Source: Welwitschia mirabilis
Taxonomy: Eukaryota
DNA length: 64,000 bases
Direction: 5' to 3'
Assembly (NCBI GenBank): GCA_051453625.1
Contig: JBOZIK010000001.1
Coordinates: 7,412,687-7,476,686 of the forward strand
The notes beneath the pieces were generated by a model, which was not told where the DNA came from, made no database searches, and was given only the letters and a program-made list of their open reading frames with translations. The translations under genes and the position numbers were made by a program. Shown one piece after another: positions 14,079 through 25,046 of the stretch. How positions within the stretch are numbered: position 1 is the stretch's first letter; every line of letters begins with the position of its first letter.

Positions 14079-15549
14079 AGTATTTTCATTATTATTATCT
14101 TGCTTACTTAAAAAAATCTCTTTTAACAATTTTACATTTTTTCCTACTCTATTATTATCAAAATTAAAATTTTTTTAGAAAAATACTATTTTGTAGGAAC
14201 AAGGAGCATCTAGAACAAGGAGTACTTGAATCTACAAAGTGCTTATCTGAGCTCTTCTACATTGGATTTTACTTCTACCTGGGTGTACTCTTTCTCATTT
14301 TTGTTTTTACTAGCACCAAAGAGTATAGGATTTAAAGTCTCTATTTTCATATCACATGCCTTTCCACATCATTTTTTCATTATTAATAGTTAATCTGTGA
14401 TTTTATTATATCATAATTGATTTTTTCATAAATTATTTTATTAAGAACCCTATTCAAGATAATCTAATTTTGTAATTTCTTCCTTTTATATTCTCTATTA
14501 TATTTTATTCCAAAATTGACTGGCATCATTATCTATTCTTATGAAATCACTATCCTTTTTCTGTATTTTCTATCATTCAAAATAAAATTATTTCTTTTAT
14601 TATTTTATCCATCTTAAATTAGAAATTTATTGTAAAAAATACTTATCACTCCACTTAACCTCTCATGCATTATTGGATTTTAACCTCTACTAATAAAGTT
14701 TACAAAGAATTTGATGAAGAATAACATTACTTTAAACTCCTTTTAAATGATTTTAATAAGTATTATACTAAGTCCTCTTTTGAAACTAATAAAACTTTAA
14801 CATCTCAATCCCAAAATCCGAAGTTCTTAGGATATCATTTAGTATATGTAAACATGTTTGAAGAGGATTAAAAAATAGTATCTATTCAATTTCTTATAAT
14901 AAAACATTGAAAGATCTATGATCATCAAAAAGATTTTCTATTTTTTAGATGGTTTTTCATATCCACACAAATTATTTTAAAATAAAATCATTGATAACTA
15001 ATATTTTTCTTAAAATATTATTATTGTAGTTAAGAAGANNNNNNNNNNNNNNNNNNNNNNNNNNNNNNNNNNNNNNNNNNNNNNNNNNNNNNNNNNNNNN
15101 NNNNNNNNNNNNNNNNNNNNNNNNNNNNNNNNNNNNNNNNNNNNNNNNNNNNNNNNNNNNNNNNNNNNNNNNNNNNNNNNNNNNNNNNNNNNNNNNNNNN
15201 NNNNNNNNNNNNNNNNNNNNNNNNNNNNNNNNNNNNNNNNNNNNNNNNNNNNNNNNNNNNNNNNNNNNNNNNNNNNNNNNNNNNNNNNNNNNNNNNNNNN
15301 NNNNNNNNNNNNNNNNNNTTAACATCTTAATCCCAAAATCTGAAGTGCTTAGGATATCATTTAGTAGATGTAAACATGTTTGAAGAGGATAAAAAATAGT
15401 ATCTATTTAATTTTTTTATAATAAAACATTAAAAGCTCCATGATCATCAAAAAGCTTTTCTATTTTTTAGATGGTTTTACATATCCACAAAAATTATTTT
15501 AAAATAAAATCATCGATTACTAATATTTTTCTTAAAATTTTATGATTGT

Positions 15550-16262
15550 AGTTTAGAAGATTCATATGAACATGTCCTTGAGTCTAAAGTTCTCATGTCA
15601 ACTATTTCATAAGGATGTGACCAAAATGATATGATTAAGTTAAAAATATTTTAATTTTCTTTGAAAGAGAAGGTAAAAACCTATTTACATTCCTTAAACT
15701 ATTTATTAATTTAGATTAAAAAAGATCTCGATCATGATTTTTTAAAGAAATATTCTCTAGCATACAAAACCCATGAATTAAGACATAATATTTTTGATTT
15801 CACACGACATGATAATAAGATTTTCTATTAATAGTTTAACTATTTTAGTGATTTATTGATGAAATTCCTTAGCATGATTTTGAATCATGGTAAATTATAA
15901 GCATTTTCTATGAATTTTTAGCAACATAAAATAGAAAAATAATTGAGATGATGAGTGTAGGAACTTTTATATTTAAAGAAATCGAGGCAGCTTAAGGTAC
16001 ATTAGAATGCATAGTAGAGAGTATAGTGAGTTGAAAAAGGTTATGTAAAGTGAAAGACATATCTAAGAAAAGCTAACCATCTAATTCTAGTATAGATAGA
16101 GATATTTTTCAACTTGATAATAAGTTTAATATGAGTAGAAAACTTAATACCATAGTCAAATGTTTGGAACAACTTAAAACATCTAAACAACTTGAAGCTA
16201 GTTGAGCTTTCATTTGTGCCATATGTACCTCTGATGAATATGAAACTATTGAATGTCCTTCT
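15550..16262 (+). pseudogene. gag: Athila-like gag remnant with zinc knuckle
   Basis: EDSYEHVLE; KLKIF*FSLKEKVKTYLHSL (cf. RLKLFPFSLKDKAKxWL); DFLKKYSLAYKTHELR; P*HDFESW*IISIFYE; ICAICTSDEYETIECPS. Confidence 0.75.
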
Positions 16263-18449
16263 TCTCCTATATATTAAAATATAAGGGATGAATAGGAAAA
16301 TAGTTTACTAGCTAGAAGACTCTTTTTTTCGATGATAATCTTTTTTCAGAGAAATACATACAATCTTAAATTGAAAAATCACCCTCGATTTTCTTAGAAA
16401 ACTTTAAAAAATAATGCATCTACTTTATAAAGGTCTAGTAAATCATACTATAAGCCATTGAAGAATGTTTTAAAGTAATTTATTATAATCAAAACTATAA
16501 CCAATGATACATAAGTTGAGATTAGTAAATAAATGGAAAAATGTGTTTAATGTTTAAAAAAAGAAATGAAGAAATTCACTCAAACAACCTCACACATGTT
16601 TTCCTCATTAAAACAAGGAAATAAAGATAAGGTTTTAGTTCAACCTATACATTGCATTAACTTTCTAGCAATAAAAAAAAATTTTTAATTTATTTATTTT
16701 ATATTTATAAATACTCTATAAAAATTCCAATATGAATAGAATTCTCTAAGGGTAGTAATGTATGATTCAAAAAAAAAATAAATTTCTAGATAATGTGAAG
16801 GAGGTTAGTTTAAGTAAAACTATAATTACATAAGAAAGAAAACTATTTTCATTTTCAAAATTAAAGTTAATAAATCAAAGAATTTAGACTTTAACAAATT
16901 TAAACATATTCCTTAAATAAAATACTTATGAAAATTATTTATTGTTGAGAACTTGATTGACTATGAATAAATTTCTAAGTGATGAAATGAATTTACTATA
17001 AAAATGTAATAAATACTTAAGAGGTAAGTTTAGATTGAAAAAGCTAGTAAATCTTCTTTACACATAGAAATGAATTAGGTTTAAAAATACTAATATCAAT
17101 TTATTTATTACTTTTTCTTATTATTCTTTTAGATCTAACCTCTATATAACGTTTTTCTTTTCATTTTCATAAGGAAAATGAAGCCATATCTTGGAAGGTT
17201 AGCATAGAAGAATAAAGTGAATNNNNNNNNNNNNNNNNNNNNNNNNNNNNNNNNNNNNNNNNNNNNNNNNNNNNNNNNNNNNNNNNNNNNNNNNNNNNNN
17301 NNNNNNNNNNNNNNNNNNNNNNTTGTTGAGAACTTGATTGACTATGAATAAATTTCTAAGTGATGAAATGAATTTACTATAAAAATGTGATAAGCACATA
17401 AGAGATAAGTTTAGATTGAAAAAGCTAGTAAATCTTCTTTACACATAGAAATGAATTAGGTTTAATAATACTAATATTAATTTCTTTATTGCTTTTTCTT
17501 ATTATTCTTTTAGATCTACCTTTTATATAACATTTTCCTTTTCATTTTGAAGCCATATCTTGGAAGGTTAGGGTNNNNNNNNNNNNNNNNNNNNNNNNNN
17601 NNNNNNNNNNNNNNNNNNNNNNNNNNNNNNNNNNNNNNNNNNNNNNNNNNNNNNNNNNNNNNNNNNNNNNNNNNTATAAGAATACTGTGGAACATTGAGA
17701 TAAAGTTCTAAAAGTTAAAAATAAATAAAATGAAAGGTTATAAAGAAAAATGAAGGAGAATCAAGATGGAAATGAGAATTAGGAATATGATTTAAAATTA
17801 TTTCAAAGAGTGTATTAAGAAGGATTCTATTCTAAAACTAATCTAACAATGTATTAGAGGGTGTCTAATATAGTTTAGAAAATCTTGATAAGGGGTCTAA
17901 ACATAATGAAACCTCCATAAAATATGATGGTCTTAAAAATGAAAATATAAAAATAAATCTATGGTTACATATATAAATACAAATTTATTTTCACTACAAA
18001 TTTACCCTCATCTTGATATGAAATGGGAACATTTTATATTAAAAGTAATAGTTAAGTAAAGGATAAAGCTAGAACTTTCTCTTCTTCAATAGGAGGAACT
18101 TATCTAGAGGTAATTTAATCATTGAAAAGATTGAAGATCAAAATCCTAGATAATATTTTTAAAAATAAAATGGATGGATTTTTTCATGGTCCCATAGATT
18201 TTAATTTTTGTGTAAAATCAATGTTCTAAGGCATTAGCTATTTGAATTCTTCTATTTATTAAATCTTAAATTTTTTTAATGAGCCCGTGTATCACACATC
18301 TATTCAAACATGCTAAACATTTTTTTTATAAGAAAAAAATCCATAGAAAAGATGAAATCCATTCATAATAGATAAATGATAAATATTAAAGGAAGCTGTA
18401 TATTAGAATAATAAATCAAATATGAAAGAAGAAAAAGATTAGCAATAAA

Positions 18450-21400
18450 AGTATTTTGAATATAAGGAATCTATAGGTTCTTTTTCTTTAATGTCAAATA
18501 TTTTAATTTGTAAGTACTTCGGTTATATTTTTAAAAAATTATAAATGGATCTAACTACTTTAGGAAAATTTTCAAACTTTATTCTATCGAATTAGCCTTA
18601 AAAACAAGGTCAATAATATTTTATACTTTTGGTTTAAAATGTATATTGTAAGATTTACCATCATGTTTTTGGTATATTTGACTTATTTCCAAATCTTTAA
18701 GTTCTTTTTATCTCATATCACTAGTTATGTGAGTTATGATCATTTTGATGATCAATAAAATTTAAATCTTCTATTAGAGTTTTGAAATTTAAACTTAAGT
18801 AAGAAGAATAGATTTTGTACCTTAAGTTAATTGAAATGTTGAACTACATGTTACTACTTTTTTAAAAATAAAAACACAACAAGCTCATAAAACATAACTA
18901 ATTTTTTTGGATCAAGAATTAGGATTAGTTGATAGTACTTCTTTTAGATGATTGTAATAGTTTCATTTATGGATCTCACTCATTTGTTTATCTATTGATA
19001 CCTCAGGGTTAAAAAGGAGTATTTTGTTCCAAATGTTTTAAGAAATAATTCAATTTTAATGGATTTAACTTAAGAACCATTTTCTATAGTTAATACATAT
19101 GTAATTATAAATATTTTAATTATGTAATTAAGCATAAACTTTTGTGTTTTCTTAGTTGATGTTTTTCATAATGGAATGACTCCCATCCATATAGAGAAAT
19201 ACTCTAAAATAAATTCATGTTATTTGGAAGATGGAGGATTAATGAGTTTATTCAATTTCTATTTTTTGAAAACCCATATTGGAATAAATGACAATAACTC
19301 ATTAAAAGACTTGTGAATTCTTGATTAAAACATATGGCAAGTATTGCATTTCCTAAGAAGGTTATGATATTCTTGGCTTGTGATTTATCGAAAATATCTT
19401 CAACATAATAAATTAATAATTATAGATTTTCTATTTGGTGGGTTCCATAAAAACCAAAGTGTTTACTTTTAATACATAAGTAGCTTCTTTAAATTTTAAA
19501 GAGTAAAGAGAAATTTGTCAAAATATTTTTCAAATAGTTGATTTTAGATCAAAGAAAGCCTATAGCTCATCTCTAAAATTACATTATTACACAAGTAATA
19601 AATCATCTAGAATTTTTTATGCTGCAAGTACTTAATCATGAAGGTATGCCACCAATCAAGTTGGTAAGGATATTTTATTATTTTTGATATATCATGTGTT
19701 TGCAATTTTTTTGTCTATGAAACTATTGATTTGAGAATGTCATAAATAAATGCATGTAAAACTATCTCTGTGATTATCAAGTTTAGTGTGTTTTTTTGGT
19801 ATAGAATTATTTAATAATCATTTAATCGAATAAGCATATATTTTATCTTTGCCATTTAGTTCTATAAAATTTCAAATTTATGATCATATTTACTAATAGG
19901 ATTCTTTATTATAAGTTGTGAAAATCCAAAAACTTTAAATTTGAGAGATTTAAACTAATAGTGACTTTGATTTCTCTAGATAAAACTTCATAGTTAACAA
20001 TATTATTGATACAAGTAAATCTTAATTTGAAACTCATAAGAACATGTGTGACAATTTAGAAAGAATAGTTTTCATATAGATCCTCCATTTTAGATGTTCT
20101 ATCAAAATACATGTAATTATCCTACGACTTTTTGACTCATATAACATGAATATCATCATCAAAAAATTAGTTTTTTTTCCATCTTCATCTTGATTGTTTC
20201 CTTCAATCAGTATAGTGACATTCTCTATGATATACTTACTTTTTATTGTCTTTTAATAATTGAACATAAGATCAATCTTAGTGAGAATTAAAGATCATCT
20301 TGTAAGTCTTGCATTGTTAATGGAATATTTTAATAGATGTTTTAAGATATTTTACTTTTTAATGAAAATTATCTTACTTGCAATCATGTAATGTCAAAAC
20401 TCTTATGATGCAAAGACTAAGTTGAGAAATGACTTTTCTGAATATGTGTAATTTTTCTCATACTAGTGGAAATTCTAACTTATGTAATAAATTGGATGAT
20501 CTCTATTCTACTTATTTCTTTGAAAGATAATAAAACTTATAAAACTTAGACCATGAGCTAAATATAGGTCGAAAGATTACGCAGGTTATGATGAACTTAG
20601 AATAGGATGAGAAGTAAGATATTTTTTAATATTTTCAAGTACTTTCTAATAGTCTTCATCCCAAACAAATTTTATGTTTTTTTTTAAGTAGATCCATAAA
20701 GGGTTCACAATTATTAGTCATAGTTGAAATAAATCTCTTCCTAAATTTAATGCTTCCTTATAATCCACAATTCCTTAATACTTTTAGGTGGACAAACTTT
20801 TGTGATATTTTCCTTTATTAAAATCNNNNNNNNNNNNNNNNNNNNNNNNNNNNNNNNNNNNNNNNNNNNNNNNNNNNNNNNNNNNNNNNNNNNNNNNNNN
20901 NNNNNNNNNNNNNNNNNNNNNNNNNCTTTTGTGATATTTTCCTTTCTTAAAATCTATCTCTATATCATGTTTTAAGACTATGAATGAAAGTACCTTTTTT
21001 AAAGGAAATCCAAATATAAACCAGTTTGGGTTGAGTCTAAAATTAAATCTCCTCTCTCTTTGAAATAATTAATTTAAATTGTCTAAATATTTTTGAACTT
21101 TAAATGATTATTTGATTATCATCAATTTTATTCTTAACATTATTATGAATAAGATTGTGGAAGATGTATTTTATGACCTTTTAATAAGTTGCATCAACAT
21201 TCTTTGATCAAAGGACATCATAGTATAATAAAAATACATCCTAAGTAGTAATAAAAGTAGTTTTATGTTCACCTTCTAGTTTGGTAGATATTTGGTTATA
21301 AATAGAATGACCATCCATAAAAGAAAGAAGCTCGTAACAATAGTGTTATCAATTAAAATTTGAAACTAGGTAATCATTTCTGAAAGTTACCTTGTTTAAA

Positions 21401-21660
21401 TTATTTAATTCAATGCCAATTCTAATGTCTTAAGTATTTTTTATTACAACAAAGATGTTAAATATGTAGTTGAAGTAGTCTATAGCATAAATCAAACTAA
21501 TTGTCAGTAATCTTTCAATATCCTCTTTTACAACAAGTGCTACTTTCAAGTTTAATCTGTTAACTTTTTGTTTGATGGGAACATTGAGTTTAAGCATAAT
21601 GTTATGCATAATAATAAATTTTCGATCTTGAGTATATTCTTCTAATGCCAAGAAAATATA
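18450..21660 (-). mobile_element. pol: Tat/Ogre-type Ty3/gypsy pol pseudogene: RT - RNase H - additional (archaeal-type) RNase H - integrase
   Basis: ORF 21430-21651 resembles the RT N-terminus. Other motifs: ELLSFMDGHSIYNQI...KTTFITT (~21330); ARLTR*SLILTKIDL (RNase H, ~20310); MYFDRTSKME and FTCINNIVNYE (aRH, ~20110-19990); INPPSSK*HEFILEYFSIWMGVIP and IENGS* (integrase, ~19250-19070). Confidence 0.85.
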
Positions 21661-22031
21661 TGTTTGTTTTGGAATAACATTGTTTCTAGTTATAATTTCA
21701 CTTGCAAAGTGGTTTAATCATTGATGCTTAGGTTATGTTTGAGGTTTGCAGGGTTCACTTAATAGTTGTACATTGGTATTTCTTACCTTTCACAAAAGGT
21801 TATTATTTTTTTTTCAATGACTAAATGGTTTCATATGCTTCTTAGTCATGTTGGGTGGAAATTATAAAGAGAACACATTATGAATACAAGAATCCTAAAT
21901 CACTGTAATTAGAAATCAAATTGAAATTAACATAGCTCTCAATGATTTGTTTAATGTACATAGCCCTCAAGGGTTTACCTTGCAATTTATTAATCATGTT
22001 TTATGTTTTGTAATCAAAATTACCCTTAAAC

Positions 22032-22483
22032 TAAAGGATTTAGTTAAGCCATACAACCACAAGGATGTATTAAATACAAAGTATAATAGCATAAACATAA
22101 ATAATAAAAAAGTATAATAAAAGTCTTAATAGTAGAATAACTAGTATAGGAGAATTCTTTGCAAGAATTAATAATGCCTTCTTAAGGTCTTACTAAGGGT
22201 TACCCCAACATACAAGGGATGCCTTTCTAGGTCTTACTCCAACCACTTTATCTTGTTTTTTTTCTTTTTTTTCTTTTTTTTTTTTTTGAGATCTAACAAT
22301 CATCCAAAATGATTAAATAAATTCTTCTTGTAAGTCTTTAAATGAATGTGACTTTTGGTAAGGCACATGATGTTTAGGATAGTTGCATTTTTTTAAAAGA
22401 AACCACTTTAATTAAATATTACATATAATATATATTGTATGTAATAATCATATGAAATGTGATTATAAAGTCACTCAAATACA
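22032..22483 (-). repeat. 3' LTR of the Copia-like element
   Basis: taaaggatttagttaagcc...catatgaaatgtgattataaagtcactcaa aligns with taaagaatttagataggcc...catatgaaatgtggttataaagtaactcaa at 24561-25040. Right boundary approximate. Confidence 0.7.
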
Positions 22484-22689
22484 TTTTTCAGCTGAAAGAC
22501 ATTTTGCTAAAATTAAACTCATAACCACAAAATTATAAAAGCATTAATCATTTATTAAAGGCTTTTCCCCCCAAAAATCAAACTCACAATGTCAAAGATA
22601 GTCACTAGAACAATGTTCACTATAAAATTATCTTTAAAAATAAACTGCATTACTTTTATTGTCATTTTTTAATTCATTCTGAATAATCC

Positions 22690-23470
22690 CGTACATACAC
22701 CTTCATGCAATCCTTCCTGGAGAAGTAGATAGCCTCACTCACGCCAAATGTCTTTATATTTCTTCAGTCCCCATCTCCATCTCTCGCACCATCGCCATCG
22801 CCACCACCACCGACGTTCGGCAAAAGCTTCTCAGCAATATCCGACGGCACCCTGGATACAGCGACACACTGTGTTGAGGCTATTTCCTTGCCGTTCTTGC
22901 TTTCATTTTCGCTGAAGAGCTTTGACGATCATCTTTCATCTTCTGCGCTCTCAAGCCCACACAATTCACGAGACGCTCAGGCCTGGTTCTCCCGATTGCA
23001 GCGAAGAACGAGCCGTTGCACCGCCGTCGACCACTCTTACATTCACTCACTGTGTCCACCGCATCACGCACGGAGACCAATCCGCATGAAAGAGGCAATC
23101 CCATTCGATTGTGTAGAGCTTGAAGCAACAGCACAGGCCCTCTCTATCACATAAGGACACCCTTGTGCGTACCGCTGCTAGTCCAACTCTCAAAGGCCGA
23201 CGGCCACTTCTCTGGAGCCTTCCATCTCTCCTTCATCGCGCTGAAAATCTCCAAAGAGCGAAAATTCGGATTGTCGCATCTGTTTCGAACAATTATCTTC
23301 TGGGGATGTTCATCGGCGACTGTAAGAAATATCATCAGATTGAGGTGTGCAGTGGCGCCGGTAGAGTATTTTGCCAAGCTCATCACCATGTAAATGACAC
23401 AAGACGCTCCACCAAGGCCAGACGCAGTCTGCAACGCCTGTCTCTTGGTCGCTTCTCATGGACAAAGAAT
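22690..23470. other. GC-rich, CpG-retaining island of unknown function (candidate unmethylated regulatory element, exon or captured fragment)
   Basis: About 47 CpG dinucleotides counted by hand in ~780 bp, against only a few per kb elsewhere; sharp compositional edges. Confidence 0.85.
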
Positions 23471-23935
23471 TTCATTAGATCCTTTTTTACCCTTATATTT
23501 TATTTTAATATTAAACTTTTTCTTTTTGACCTTCACTAATATAATAATCACATGACCATTTCTTTTCATATGAGCTAATCCATACATCTTCTGAGGGACA
23601 TATCTCTTCAAATGGATTATTGTTTGTTCACAACTCTTCGTTTGGATACTAAGTATGTGCAACTTCAAGAAGGTCATCATCAAATATAGGCATGGGCCTT
23701 TTTTTTTTAATCATTTATTTCAACACTTCTCTTCTAGGTTCTCCTTCAACCATGTTTTCATCATCAACTTCAAAGACTTTATCACAATAAAAAACTCATG
23801 ATCATTTCCATCAATTTTCTCATCACAACCTTTGACCTCTCATAAATCCACTCTTGGGTATCAAGGACATCTTTAAAATATGTCATTCTTCAAGCTGTAG
23901 GGTAGCAACTCCCACTTAAGAGTCATCATCTGTCC

Positions 23936-24490
23936 TTAATGAGAAAACATCAACCCCTCTTGATTATGGTTATGTTCATCTTCATACTTATTATCATTAA
24001 CATGAACTTCTTCATTAGTCCTTCTTTCAGGAATACTAGGGTCACTTACATCATTATTTCTATGAGGAGTAGCTTGAAACCATGCCTTTTCAAAGGGATC
24101 ATTGCTCTTTAGCATGCCTAATGAGGATCTAATAAAAATCCTCTCAAAATCATTATATTTTCTTGTATTACTATTATCTTCATTAATATTTACATCATCT
24201 TTACATTCATAAACTCCATCCAAAATCTTCCAAATTCTATAAGTAGAGAAATATTTCATTTCTTTATAGAACTCACCATTCATGTTCATACACTTTGCTA
24301 TGATTTATTTTGTCAAATTTTGCTCCATTAATAACATTTTTCTAAAGCTTACTTCATCATCATCTCAAGGTATTTTAAGTTTATGAATTTGGATACACAA
24401 CCACAAACCTTTACTTTTGAAGTAAAACTCCACTCTATAGTTTTACACATCATAATATTTTCCATCAAACTTGGATAGAAATAACTCCAT
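23936..24490 (-). pseudogene. gag: Copia-type gag N-terminal remnant
   Basis: MELFLSKFDGKYYDV*NYRVEFYFKSKGLWLCIQ (cf. PxFDGxNYxxWxxRMxxYLxxxGLW); EFYKEMKYFSTYRIWKILDGVYE (UBN2-like). Confidence 0.7.
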
Positions 24491-24560
24491 CTCATCTTAT
24501 TCCCACCAACTTGCAAGTTGTTGTTTTTTATTTTATCATACTATAGGCTTTAATACCAAT

Positions 24561-25046
24561 TAAAGAATTTAGATAGGCCTAAACAACCATAAGGATCTTT
24601 TGAATACTAGGTCTAAGAGAAAAAATATAAATAATAATAAATTATAATAATACTCTTACTAATAAAATAATAATATTAAATAATCATATTTATATGTAAT
24701 AACTTTAAGACATTTCTTCACTAGAACTAATGATGCTTTCGCAAGATCTTATGCAACACACAAAGGAATACCTTTTGATAAGCTCTTACTCTAAGAAACA
24801 AGAGACGATTTTCTAAACCTTACTCCAATCATTTCATCTTGCTTTCCTCACGTCTCACAATTATCCAAAATGATTGATTGATTTCCTCTTTTAAAGCCTA
24901 TGATTTTTCATAAGGGATATGATTTTTAGGTTAATTGGGTTTTTTTTCCTTTTTTGCGTAGTAATGATTTTAATTAAATAATACATGTAATATATACTAT
25001 ATAAAATAATCATATGAAATGTGGTTATAAAGTAACTCAATTAATA
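24561..25046 (-). repeat. 5' LTR of the Copia-like element
   Basis: Partner of 22032-22483; PBS lies immediately downstream on the minus strand. Confidence 0.7.

Larger units (their letters stand above)
22032..25046 (-). mobile_element. Non-autonomous Ty1/copia-like LTR element (~3 kb) with gag remnant and an internal GC/CpG-rich island
   Basis: Diverged ~450-490 bp direct repeats at 22032-22483 and 24561-25046. Met-tRNA PBS at 24547-24558 (minus TGGTATTAAAGC vs TGGTATCAGAGC). Copia gag N-terminus from 24490. No RT, integrase or TSD recognised. Confidence 0.75.

Noticed and set aside
23147-23434. Overlapping 76-139 aa ORFs on both strands in the island as real CDS
   Set aside because: No recognisable domain, non-ATG starts, and mutual overlap; expected by chance in stop-poor GC-rich DNA.
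22690-23470. Telomerase RNA, snRNA, tRNA or conserved miRNA gene as the explanation for the GC island
   Set aside because: By eye I found no CTAAACCCT-like template, convincing USE+TATA pair, U1/U2/U6 sequence, tRNA T-loop or conserved miRNA I could recall. Only a short imperfect hairpin at ~23412-23448 is present. An Rfam/Infernal search is still worthwhile.
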